DNA from: a virus
DNA length: 64,000 bases
IMG/VR virus record: IMGVR_UViG_3300020473_000021
Coordinates: 1 to 64,000 of that record
Strand: one strand, 5' to 3'
The position numbers and the translations under genes were made by a program. Below are positions 54,748 through 64,000 of this stretch, piece by piece. Numbering within the stretch: the stretch's first letter is position 1; each line of letters starts with the position of its first letter. The notes beneath the pieces are model-generated. The model did not search any database, was not told the DNA's origin, and saw only the letters and a program-made list of their open reading frames with translations.

Positions 54748-55218
54748 CTATGTAGTCGGTAAAGCTTCAAGGTAGTGGACTGTTGCAAATCCATCCAAAC
54801 CAGACATGTCGGTTTGACACCCGATATACACTTCCGGTCCTGTTAACGTTATTTGAATACCGTTGTCGGTCCTGAAGAAATCGCTAGATGTGGAATGTGG
54901 TAAAGGTAACACCGTCGAAGTCGTTCGCGAACGAGCAAAACAGTTGGACGTATCTAAGTAGGCCGTCGTAGGGTCCCAGACATCAGTCACAGCAGTCGGT
55001 ACCGGCACAACCTTCGTTGTTGAATTAGGCAATGCACCTAAAGGTATTCTAACGGCCATAACTCTGCGATTCCCTACATACATGTTTGTCTTATAGGGGA
55101 CAGATTGAGTACTGGGAACAATTATACGGGCTTCTTCAGCAATGCGATCGATAAGACCCGATACAAAGCCTCCAAAAGCCTGAGCAGCTTCTGCTGCTTT
55201 ATTTGAAATATCTCCCAT
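54748..55218 (-). CDS. fibre-associated protein
   Basis: GAGGG RBS; GALPNSTTKVVP...LPLP tip-like domain. Confidence 0.55.
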   Translation of the reverse strand: MGDISNKAAEAAQAFGGFVSGLIDRIAEEARIIVPSTQSVPYKTNMYVGNRRVMAVRIPLGALPNSTTKVVPVPTAVTDVWDPTTAYLDTSNCFARSRTTSTVLPLPHSTSSDFFRTDNGIQITLTGPEVYIGCQTDMSGLDGFATVHYLEALPTT

Positions 55219-55283
55219 TACTTTGCCCTCAAAGAGTTAGTGAGGGGCGACTAAGCGCCCCTCTAAGACAAATCACCCACCAA

Positions 55284-56171
55284 TTAGGTAGTGGTGTAAG
55301 GCGCATTCAGGTCTGCGATAGCATCAGTAAATGCTTGAGTCAGAGTACTGATTGAGCTTGCCACTTCGTTTGTGTCTGCTTTGGTGTCAATGCGACCATT
55401 CAGGGTATTCTCTGTATCGGTCAATGCACCGTCAAGACCTGCTGGTGTAACAAACAGATCAGTCGCTGTACGAGACTGAGTTTGAGCTACTGTCGCTGTC
55501 GCGAAGTTGTCGACGTTAGCCAAACCGATGTCTGCTTTAGTTAATGCAGCAATCGTGTCGTTCAGGTTTTGGATCTGAGTGTTAACCGTGGTCTGATCAG
55601 CTTTTAAGTTGATAGCCGCAGTTAGGTCAGTTTCCAATTGATCAACAGTGGTTTTCGCCGCTTTGGTCGCAACCGCGTCGTTCAATACACCTAAACTGTC
55701 TTGGTTTGCAGAAATTGCAGTAGCAACTTCGTTGATGGTATCCAACGTTTCAGGAGCGATACCTGCTTGCGATTCCCAGAACGCGTTGATAGCCTGCATT
55801 ACACGACGTGGCGTCATGTATACTTCGTTCGTTGCGATAGCCGCGTCCAACTCTTCTGCTTGAGTTAAGTCAGCGATACCGTAGTTCTGGACGTTACCCA
55901 AACCAACCTGTGCGGCGGTTACGTTATGTGGGTTGTCCGTACGAGCAATGAATGCATCCAGTTGGTTCTTGACTTCAAGAGTTGTCAAACCAGTGGTACC
56001 GGCGATCAATAGTACAACGTCATTCAACGATTGACCTTCAAGCGCCAGCGAGTTTTGTGCCAAGTCAGCAGTTTCTGCATTCTTAGCGTCTTTAGCGATC
56101 TCTTTGATCTTAGCACCGAAGGCCAGGATCTGATCACGAAGATTAGCGGTGTTGGTAGTAATAGCTGTCAT
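55284..56171 (-). CDS. short tail fibre/whisker protein
   Basis: NPHNVTAAQVGLGNV, APETLDTINEVATAI, TKADIGLANVDN. Confidence 0.75.
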   Translation of the reverse strand: MTAITTNTANLRDQILAFGAKIKEIAKDAKNAETADLAQNSLALEGQSLNDVVLLIAGTTGLTTLEVKNQLDAFIARTDNPHNVTAAQVGLGNVQNYGIADLTQAEELDAAIATNEVYMTPRRVMQAINAFWESQAGIAPETLDTINEVATAISANQDSLGVLNDAVATKAAKTTVDQLETDLTAAINLKADQTTVNTQIQNLNDTIAALTKADIGLANVDNFATATVAQTQSRTATDLFVTPAGLDGALTDTENTLNGRIDTKADTNEVASSISTLTQAFTDAIADLNAPYTTT

Positions 56172-56250
56172 GCTGGTTACCCTTTTAAGTTAATAATGGA
56201 AAATGCATATCGATCGATGTTTGACATTATATCAACCATACGATGGGTAT

Positions 56251-56898
56251 TTACTGCTCTAGTAATACATCAAAGTCATTTAAGACTTCTGACATTAAAG
56301 AGCGGTTACTTACATATGCCTTTTCAACGACACGTTTGGTTGGTAGGTCATCTTTACCAACCTTGTTAGGGTCATTAATAATGGCAATGTTGTAAATTAA
56401 TACAGGTTGTTGAAATGTGTAGATAAAGTTATTATCGTGTCTTATCTTTTCAACATGCCGAACATTATTCAGTTCAGCAACTCTACCATCCGAGATGGTG
56501 ACTTCCTCTTTTGCAAGGCTAGCACCGTTTAACCGTCTGAGTGATTCTCTTAAATCTTTAAACGGTTTACCTTTGGCAACAACTTCTAAGAAATGGCGAC
56601 GTATTAACATCGTAACATTCTCGATAGTAGTACCGATGGTTCCGGTGTTGAACGTGAAGGTCTGCTCACCTAGATGTTTCGATTTAAACACTTCACCCGA
56701 ATCCATATCCACTGAAATGTCTGGTTGCTTACAGTCGTACCAATGTAAAATCCGATATGAAACAACCCGATGTTTAGCAGGATATGGAGCAGAGTAAATA
56801 TCTATATCGATAGGTTGACAAAACACACCCCGACATACGCCTTCATTAGTCTCCAACCGTTCGGTATAAAAAAGCCCAGTACTTTTTGTAATGGTCAT
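56251..56898 (-). CDS. hypothetical protein
   Basis: GAGG RBS before MTITKS; the longer start crosses a terminator at 56909-56939. Confidence 0.6.
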   Translation of the reverse strand: MTITKSTGLFYTERLETNEGVCRGVFCQPIDIDIYSAPYPAKHRVVSYRILHWYDCKQPDISVDMDSGEVFKSKHLGEQTFTFNTGTIGTTIENVTMLIRRHFLEVVAKGKPFKDLRESLRRLNGASLAKEEVTISDGRVAELNNVRHVEKIRHDNNFIYTFQQPVLIYNIAIINDPNKVGKDDLPTKRVVEKAYVSNRSLMSEVLNDFDVLLEQ

Positions 56899-56940
56899 CT
56901 CTACCTCATAAATAAAAGAGGGGACCAACGCCCCCTCTTG

Positions 56941-59679
56941 TTAACGTTTAGAGAAGTATGTCTCACCTTTCGGCCCGACAAACATCCAACCTAAGTTAGA
57001 TACCACCGCTCGCTTATAACCGATTACATCGGTATCAAAGTCATACGCAAACCAAGTTTCACCTTTGTTGGTGCTGCGGAATATCTGATCGCCGTCTGAG
57101 ACAACGAGGAATAGGCTATCGATTTCATCTGAACGACCTAAAGTAGGATTGAACTCAATGTCCAAAATACTCCAAGTATCAAATGCGAAATCATAGTTAG
57201 CCGTTTCACCGTTAGCATCTTTGAAAAAGACGTTATTGATATCCATGATATCAACAAACGTCATATCGCTTGAGATGCCATTGCTACGACCAGAAATGAT
57301 CTCATCAATACCCTGGCCAGGCTGGAATATAAACGGACCATTGTTGGTTGCTAAGAAAACCATGCCTTTATCAAATCGAGAGTAATCTCGAATCTCACTG
57401 ATTTCGGCATTAGTTTCTTCAGTCCAAGTCACACCCGCATCACCACTGTGGAAAATTGAATCGTTCGTGATGATAACGAAGTTGTTACTTGAGAACTGAC
57501 CTGCGCCATTAATGGTAAGTTTACTAGACAACCCAGTAGGCGTAACATCGTTCCAGTTAGTTCCACCGTTCGATGTACGGAATACTTGTTTGTTAACCGT
57601 AACCACAACCCAAGCATCACCCGTAACGCCTAAGGCTAAGATATCGTCGGTTGTAGGACTATTTAACGAGCTCCAGCTAGAGCCATTAAATCGAGCAATG
57701 CGTCCGCCAACACCCGCAACGATAAATGTACCGTCAGGAGCCGCCTGAAGGGCGTCTATGGATAGATTATAGCTCTCACCTTGGTCTGGATCACCAATAA
57801 AGATACCGTAAGAATATTTCTGTTGGATATCGATTAGGTGTTTACCATCGAGACGCCAGTTAAGATCTTCAAATGACGTAGTCACGCTCTCAGAGAAGTT
57901 CCGCTCATCTTCTTTGATGGTTTCAATCTCAGGCATGACGATTTGATCAATCTGGACTTTTGTCAAGTAAGGTGTGCTATACATATTCTCAACGTTCTGC
58001 TTGGCCTGTTCAGCAGTTGCTACCGACCAGTTGGCAACGTTGCCCAACCCGACTTGAGACTTAGTCACTTGGTGTGGGTTATCAGTCCGCGCTACGTGTT
58101 CCTGTATAGGAGGTAATGCAATCTGATCAACCGTTGCACGTACACCAGCTGGCGTTGCGTACATCTCTTCACTTTCACCCGTCACAGTCGCTGCAACACT
58201 CGCTACGCTATAGTTAGCAACCTGACCAAGACCAACGTCTGCTTTTGTCGTACCACGAGCACGCAATAAAGCATAGTTACCATCTTGTTGTGCATATCGA
58301 GCATCGTAGTCACCCCTTGAGTAGTTTTCTACTTTACTCAAGCCAATCTGATCTTTAGTCACATTGTGTGGGTTGTTCTGATTCTCTTTATGGTTATCAA
58401 TCGCAGCAATAGCAACGTAGTTGATCGCCTCAGCAGTTGCTTCTGGTGTCATAAACTTGTTGTTGGCAACACCATCACGAGCGTCTTGAGCTGTCGCTGT
58501 ATTATAGTTATCGACATTTCCTAACCCAACTTGTCCTTTCGTTACGTTGTGAGGATTGTCCGTGTTGGAATAGTGAGACAAAGCTAATTGTTTAACTTCA
58601 GTATCGATGGCAGCGAATACGCCCGCAGGGGTAGCAAACAAGGATTGGGATGTACCCTCTCTATGTTCTGTGATAGTTGCTGCTTTATAGTTAGGTACAT
58701 TACCTAACCCAACCTGACCCTTGGTCACGTTGTGAGGGTTATTGGATGCACCCACGTGATCTACAACGTCAGCACCAATACGGTTTTCAACGGCCGCTGC
58801 TACACCTTTTGGTGTAACAAACAATGTTTCTGATGTACCGTCTAACGTTTCACCCACAGTTGCCGTTTCGAAGTTATCGACTTTTCCAAGCCCCACCTGA
58901 CCTTTAGTAACGCCATGTGGGTTATCTTTGGCAGCAATGTGATCATCCACTTTGTTTCCAACTTGCACTTTAATTGCTTCAGCAACAACAAGTGGAGTAG
59001 TAAAGCGAACATTAGATTCACCAGCCTGACCCTCTTCAACGGAAGCGGTGGGATAGTTATCCACACTACCAAGTCCGACTTGGGTTTTTGTGACTTCGTG
59101 TGGATTATCGGTTTTAAGTGCGTGAGCAGCTGCTGCACCACCATCCAATTCACCATTAGCGATCGAATCTTTAATGGCTTGTAAGACATCAACTAAATCT
59201 GATGCACCTACTAAGTCTACCAGATCCCACTCGTGATCAATGACTGGGAATTTTTCCGGTAATTGTACAACCTGCTCCCAAGTTGTAATACGTGGGTTAT
59301 TAACCACGTTTGAAAGTAGCTCTGCCGCCTTGGATTCATCAATAATCCATTTACCGCCGATCGTTTGGTATTCAAGCTCTAATGTACCCGATATATCATC
59401 GTTGTAGATAGAGATGGCACCATACACAGGTTTAGCAGTGGCTTTCGAGGCAGAGTTAAATTGATATGATAGAACATAGTCTTCCCCTTTGATAAGTTCC
59501 TTACCAGAGGGATAGTGGACAATCTTCAACCCATCTTCAAAGAACGGTCCAGAGAACGGAACAATGAAGTAGTAATCCAGATAATCTGGAGGGCTAACGA
59601 TATGTCTTTCATTTTTGACCAAGTTCTCAGATTTCCGACCCGTTGGATCAAACGGATAGGTGTAAGATACCTCTGTCAT
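56941..59679 (-). CDS. tail fibre with 6 NPH repeats and a C-terminal Asp-box/BNR beta-propeller (phiKZ gp145/146-type anchor)
   Basis: YPFDPTG N-terminus; RTSNGGTNW, HSGDAGVTW, RSTNKGETW. Confidence 0.85.
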   Translation of the reverse strand: MTEVSYTYPFDPTGRKSENLVKNERHIVSPPDYLDYYFIVPFSGPFFEDGLKIVHYPSGKELIKGEDYVLSYQFNSASKATAKPVYGAISIYNDDISGTLELEYQTIGGKWIIDESKAAELLSNVVNNPRITTWEQVVQLPEKFPVIDHEWDLVDLVGASDLVDVLQAIKDSIANGELDGGAAAAHALKTDNPHEVTKTQVGLGSVDNYPTASVEEGQAGESNVRFTTPLVVAEAIKVQVGNKVDDHIAAKDNPHGVTKGQVGLGKVDNFETATVGETLDGTSETLFVTPKGVAAAVENRIGADVVDHVGASNNPHNVTKGQVGLGNVPNYKAATITEHREGTSQSLFATPAGVFAAIDTEVKQLALSHYSNTDNPHNVTKGQVGLGNVDNYNTATAQDARDGVANNKFMTPEATAEAINYVAIAAIDNHKENQNNPHNVTKDQIGLSKVENYSRGDYDARYAQQDGNYALLRARGTTKADVGLGQVANYSVASVAATVTGESEEMYATPAGVRATVDQIALPPIQEHVARTDNPHQVTKSQVGLGNVANWSVATAEQAKQNVENMYSTPYLTKVQIDQIVMPEIETIKEDERNFSESVTTSFEDLNWRLDGKHLIDIQQKYSYGIFIGDPDQGESYNLSIDALQAAPDGTFIVAGVGGRIARFNGSSWSSLNSPTTDDILALGVTGDAWVVVTVNKQVFRTSNGGTNWNDVTPTGLSSKLTINGAGQFSSNNFVIITNDSIFHSGDAGVTWTEETNAEISEIRDYSRFDKGMVFLATNNGPFIFQPGQGIDEIISGRSNGISSDMTFVDIMDINNVFFKDANGETANYDFAFDTWSILDIEFNPTLGRSDEIDSLFLVVSDGDQIFRSTNKGETWFAYDFDTDVIGYKRAVVSNLGWMFVGPKGETYFSKR

Positions 59680-59787
59680 GACATGATCCTTAATCGAAAA
59701 GACAATGAAATCTTATGAAAACATCATAAAGAACGCCATATCATAAGCTGTTAAAAAATACAGCAGTTGATCATACGGAGAAAAATC

Positions 59788-61038
59788 ATGCAATATAGCA
59801 TCGTTAGAACGTTAGGTAAGAACAAAGGATATGGTGGTCGATATACTGAGATTGATCTTACCGGATTGACCTTTAGAGACCTTTACCAAAATTACCTCGA
59901 CGTCCATTTCGAAGTTAGTCACCCAACCTACACACAACCTAAGTATGTGAAGTTGGAAGATTTTCAAACCCGCATTAGTAATGCAGACATCACACCGAAT
60001 GATTGGTTAGCATCAATCGACAATGAATCGCTCCCGACTGTAGAAGGTGAGCTTAAAATAGTTACTGACTTCGTTGGTCATCGCGATGCCTTTATGGCAG
60101 GTTACGATGTTGAACGAACCGTTATGGGTTATCATCCTGAAACTGAATTCCCCATGAAAGAACGTAAAGATCTATTGATGAAAAAAGACGGTGTGGATTA
60201 TTCTAAGTTGCAGGATAACTGCATCGTTACCGTTAACGGGTTTGTTCAACAAACTTCGGCATCTGAACATGGACTCTATATTGTCGATGGAGCATATGGG
60301 CAGGATAATGCTAATGAAACTACGATCGGTATTACATCGTTTGAAACGCTAGGTGGTATTGAAATTATCAATGTGGATGAGAATAATATCTACCAGCCTA
60401 ATGAAGATAACAAGCTTTACCAGTACACCTACGTCAATCTCGGCGTACCTACAGAGAACCGTGCTGTATTGATGGTAATGGGTGGCTATCTACATGTTCT
60501 CGATAACAGCTATAAATCGATCGGGGATGGGTTAGTTAGAATTGACTTTAACAACTACCCTCTTATCCAGCGCTATTATGAATCGATGGGCTATATCGAT
60601 TTAAGTAGTCTCGAATATACCCCGTTTGATAATAACGAATCGCAACGCTCTGTTAAAGAGTTGTTAGAAAGTAATTCGTTTATTAAGCAGATGCTGAACT
60701 TAAAGCAAACCTTCTTCATCGTTGTTAATAACCCTAACGTTTTTGTTGAGCGGTATCAGCTTGAGAAAAGCGGATTGGTTGGTACATTCTACTCTGAAGA
60801 AAGACCGATGTTGCCGTTAGTTACTCAACGTGGTAAGCTAAAAGAATATTGGTCGTATGAAGACGATGGTAAGTGGGTTGTTAATTGCAATAGTAACCTT
60901 GTCCCTAACTACATCTTTGAACAAACACAATATCGTAAGTTAGACAACGTAACGAATCAGCTGACTCCTTATACACCATACACTCACGACCGTGGGTTCT
61001 TATTGGGCATCGGTTCAGATTCCATAAAGGAAAAATAA
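59788..61038 (+). CDS. virion structural protein (jumbo-phage core)
   Basis: CGGAG RBS before MQYSIV; CIVTVNG, MVMGGYLH, QTFFIVV. Confidence 0.65.
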   Translation: MQYSIVRTLGKNKGYGGRYTEIDLTGLTFRDLYQNYLDVHFEVSHPTYTQPKYVKLEDFQTRISNADITPNDWLASIDNESLPTVEGELKIVTDFVGHRDAFMAGYDVERTVMGYHPETEFPMKERKDLLMKKDGVDYSKLQDNCIVTVNGFVQQTSASEHGLYIVDGAYGQDNANETTIGITSFETLGGIEIINVDENNIYQPNEDNKLYQYTYVNLGVPTENRAVLMVMGGYLHVLDNSYKSIGDGLVRIDFNNYPLIQRYYESMGYIDLSSLEYTPFDNNESQRSVKELLESNSFIKQMLNLKQTFFIVVNNPNVFVERYQLEKSGLVGTFYSEERPMLPLVTQRGKLKEYWSYEDDGKWVVNCNSNLVPNYIFEQTQYRKLDNVTNQLTPYTPYTHDRGFLLGIGSDSIKEK

Positions 61039-61068
61039 GAGGGAGGGCTGATGCCCTCCCCTTATGAC
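61031..61068. terminator. terminator between convergent genes
   Basis: GGGAGGGC-TGAT-GCCCTCCC, the exact reverse complement of the hairpin at 17033. Confidence 0.75.
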
Positions 61069-61073
61069 GTTTT

Positions 61074-61598
61074 CTATTTGATCGCTTCTTGGAACTCTGA
61101 AGATCCAGCTGGAAATTCTTCAACGATAGTCCAGATGATTTTCTTAACGACACCTTCAAGATTCTCAATGAAGTGTAGATACATAGGCATCTTTTCTTCG
61201 TCCGTGAGTGACGCATTAATAGCATCTTCAAAATCACCCACTAATGACATGGCGTTGTTTGTGGAAGCCGACACGGATGTACCACCATGTTCTGGATCAC
61301 CCGGATCGACAGCTACCGTGTTCCAAAACTCAGCAAAAGCTAAAGCAAGATCAGAAACATCAATAGCACTCGTTTTATCTAAAGCGCCAGCTAGGATACT
61401 TTCATCCCCACCTGAGTTCTTACCACCCAATACTTCACCATCTTTAGCGTAGTTATTGTACGCTTTAGCAAAACCCGTCGGGAAATCTCCCTTAGGCTTA
61501 ATGTCAGCCGGTTTAGGAGATCCGTCGGGGTTTATTGCTGCCACATCACAAATCAGTGCTGTGAGCTCCTGAGAGCATTTCATGGGATTCAATGCCAT
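61074..61598 (-). CDS. hypothetical protein downstream of the spike gene
   Basis: 174 aa, AGGTGG RBS. Confidence 0.6.
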   Translation of the reverse strand: MALNPMKCSQELTALICDVAAINPDGSPKPADIKPKGDFPTGFAKAYNNYAKDGEVLGGKNSGGDESILAGALDKTSAIDVSDLALAFAEFWNTVAVDPGDPEHGGTSVSASTNNAMSLVGDFEDAINASLTDEEKMPMYLHFIENLEGVVKKIIWTIVEEFPAGSSEFQEAIK

Positions 61599-61606
61599 GG
61601 TACCAC

Positions 61607-62575
61607 CTACTGGTTTGTATTGACTTTACTGTAAGATGCACCGCCTTTCTTAATCGATGGAATATCGATCTTCTTAACGGCTTGAATGGCAGATGTCTTA
61701 ATGCCTAAGTTACCGATGACTTGTGACTCATTGATCGCTTTCTCAAGATCCTTGTGTCCGTCACCGTGTGTGTCACCCAATACAGAAGGTTCAACAGCAT
61801 CATCCTCACCAAACTGCATCGTGGGGGCTTTTGCTGTATAGGGACCATCGCAGTGGATGTAGGCTTCTTTCTTGACATAACCATCTAGCTTACCATCACA
61901 ATGGAACTGGATAAGGTCTTTGGAATACGCGTAGATTGTTTTCTTATCTAAGGTAACCTCTGTCTTATCTCGGTTCTTTGCTGTGATGATACGTTCAGCT
62001 GAATCGAGGTGAATTGAATTATTGTCATTGTCAGCGACAAGGAACTTACCATTCTTAGTATCCAACTGAATTGTATATTCAAACGGCTCACCATCCGCTT
62101 GCGTTGTATGTAGAGTAATGTGTTTACCGTGAGTAGATACCTCAAGAGAATACATGTTGTCGCCGGGTTTAAGATCGGCGTATTCTTCTTTGGTAGCAGA
62201 CCACGCATAAATCACCGTCTCTAGACGCCTCAGATCGTCGTCTAAGCCTGTAGGAGACCAATAATACTTATCAGTATCACCATACTGCCAGATAAGTAAC
62301 CTTTCGCCTCTACGGACGTTAGGGGACGTTGTGCGGTTACTACCATGAACTGGTATCCATGTTGCTTTTAATGCACTACGTTGTTTTATCTTGACCGTGT
62401 ATTCTTTTTCAGAGGCATCCTCAGCAGACACATCGGTCTCGGTGATGGAGTCAACAATATCTCCATCTCCCATCGGTAGTACTTCGATTGGCACTACACG
62501 TAATTCATGTGAATCTAATTTCTTGTTTTCGGCTGCAATACCAATGGAAAACAATTTCATCTTTGACATAAACAT
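61607..62575 (-). CDS. baseplate central spike / puncturing protein (phiKZ gp164-like)
   Basis: FSIGIAAENK, SNRTTSPNVRRGE, LRRLETV, short beta-strand repeats; divergent from SbcC as in phiKZ. Confidence 0.7.
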   Translation of the reverse strand: MFMSKMKLFSIGIAAENKKLDSHELRVVPIEVLPMGDGDIVDSITETDVSAEDASEKEYTVKIKQRSALKATWIPVHGSNRTTSPNVRRGERLLIWQYGDTDKYYWSPTGLDDDLRRLETVIYAWSATKEEYADLKPGDNMYSLEVSTHGKHITLHTTQADGEPFEYTIQLDTKNGKFLVADNDNNSIHLDSAERIITAKNRDKTEVTLDKKTIYAYSKDLIQFHCDGKLDGYVKKEAYIHCDGPYTAKAPTMQFGEDDAVEPSVLGDTHGDGHKDLEKAINESQVIGNLGIKTSAIQAVKKIDIPSIKKGGASYSKVNTNQ

Positions 62576-62647
62576 AGTAAATTACACCCGTGGTTAATAC
62601 ATACAGTGGGGCGTCACTGTATAGAAACATAATAAAGTGAGTCCGAT

Positions 62648-64000
62648 ATGCGAATACAGGAATTAGAATTAAAAGGATACAAGCGCTTAGGGTTAAGCGA
62701 TATCCGTCATATCCGCATTGATTTAAATAGTGACTATCAAGTCATACTTGGTTCTAATGGTAGCGGTAAGAGTTCGTTGCTTAATGAACTATCGCCATTA
62801 CCTGCTCAACCAAAACAATACAGTAAAGGTGGTTTTAAACGGATCGTCATCCACCACCACGGTAAAGAGTATGTTCTCATATCAAACTTCGATGGGAAGA
62901 ACCATCACTCATTTAAAGTCGATAAAAACGAACTTAATGAGGGTGGGACCATAACCGTACAACGCGACTTAGTTAAAGAACACTTTAACATCACAGACGA
63001 GCTCTTTCAGTTAATCTGCGGTAAGCTAAAGTTCACGCAGATGACAGCGTCTAAACGTCGTGAGTTCTTCACGCGTATGTCTAATAATGACTTGACTTAT
63101 GCTTTCGATATCTTCAAACGATTAGCATCAAAAACTCGCGATGAGCAAGGTGCTGTGAAACATTTAAAGAATCGCATTGCATCTGAGACCGACTTACTTC
63201 TATCGATGGAAGATGACGAGTTAGAAAAGAAAGTTGATAAGCTTCAAAAAGAACTAACGTTGTTAATGGAGCATCGTCGTGTGGATTTACCCAAAGCCGT
63301 TGAGGCTGAAAGAGTATTGAATGAGTCGTTAGATTCTATTAACTCAATATCTACTGAAATATTGGAAGCGCCATTTAGGCAACCTAGTGAAGAACACTTC
63401 GAGAACCTCGAGTCTTTAAGTGTGGCTTGTCAGAAATTATCAAGTGAGTTGTCGGCACAACAACAAATACTCAGTCACTACTCAGAAGAACATGAACGAA
63501 TGACTCGTCTTGTCGGTGAGATGAGTGAGGTCGGTACGACATCTGTCGATGAGTTGAAGGAAAGACTTTCTAGTATCGAAAAAGAAATCGAACAACGTAA
63601 GTCTAAGATCAAAGAATTTGAGTTTAAAGGTGATGTGAGTAACCTCATCGCTAAAGCTCAGGAGATCAAATCTCAGCTTGTCGATACGTTAGGTGCCCTA
63701 CCGGACAACTCAAACCTTAAATACTCTCGTGAGCGCGGACAGAACGCTCTAGACGCCATCGACAACCTTACTCGTGAACAAAGTCATGTTCTGTCTAAGA
63801 TACGCCGTAATGAAGAGCACATCCAACACATCAAAGATGCTAAAAACATCGAATGTCCAGATTGTGGATATCGTTGGAAGCCAGGTGTGTCGGAGCATGA
63901 GCTAAGACAACTTGAAGAAGAAGTTGTTTCGCTTGCTAATCGTGAAGGTGAAATTAAGCAGAAGTTGAGTGAGCTTCGAGAATATCGAGAGTCTTACGAT
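62648..64000 (+). CDS. sbcC: SbcC/Rad50-like SMC ATPase (partial, runs off the window; absent from ORF track)
   Basis: MRIQELELKGYKR...ILGSNGSGKSSLL Walker A, long coiled coil, CPDC zinc hook at about 63854-63865. Confidence 0.88.
   Translation, partial: MRIQELELKGYKRLGLSDIRHIRIDLNSDYQVILGSNGSGKSSLLNELSPLPAQPKQYSKGGFKRIVIHHHGKEYVLISNFDGKNHHSFKVDKNELNEGGTITVQRDLVKEHFNITDELFQLICGKLKFTQMTASKRREFFTRMSNNDLTYAFDIFKRLASKTRDEQGAVKHLKNRIASETDLLLSMEDDELEKKVDKLQKELTLLMEHRRVDLPKAVEAERVLNESLDSINSISTEILEAPFRQPSEEHFENLESLSVACQKLSSELSAQQQILSHYSEEHERMTRLVGEMSEVGTTSVDELKERLSSIEKEIEQRKSKIKEFEFKGDVSNLIAKAQEIKSQLVDTLGALPDNSNLKYSRERGQNALDAIDNLTREQSHVLSKIRRNEEHIQHIKDAKNIECPDCGYRWKPGVSEHELRQLEEEVVSLANREGEIKQKLSELREYRESYD

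Noticed and set aside
1-64000. CRISPR arrays, tRNAs, rRNA, transposases, alternative genetic code
   Set aside because: None recognised by eye; repeated sequences are terminator hairpins or protein repeats, and TAA, TAG and TGA all end genes normally.

Overview
This window is 64 kb of a phiKZ-like (nucleus-forming, Chimalliviridae-type) jumbo phage genome. The core genes are a DnaB helicase, major capsid protein, non-virion RNAP beta N-terminal subunit, portal, RuvC, overlapping spanins, a muramidase endolysin, four paralogous tail fibres, a central spike and SbcC (cut by the window end). Accessory blocks lie at about 0-5 kb, 15-17 kb and 24-45 kb. The phiKZ gp numbers are from recall and synteny, not from a database search. 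No tRNA, rRNA, CRISPR array or IS element was found. Best candidate novel system: a terminator-bounded three-gene cassette at 46835-51334 (minus strand). It encodes a capsule-type glycosyltransferase-like protein, a tail fibre ending in a Thr/Ser tetrapeptide-repeat domain, Gly7 and a Hint autoprocessing domain, and a small protein made of the same Thr/Ser repeat. This may build a self-processing, glycosylated, mucin-like virion appendage. Other highlights: a roughly 350-nt structured non-coding RNA (1090-1452), a 45-nt piece of dnaB copied into a non-homologous position of a dnaB paralogue, a prion-like protein with in-frame internal starts, a seven-copy early promoter motif, and two apparently catalytically dead papain-like domains.
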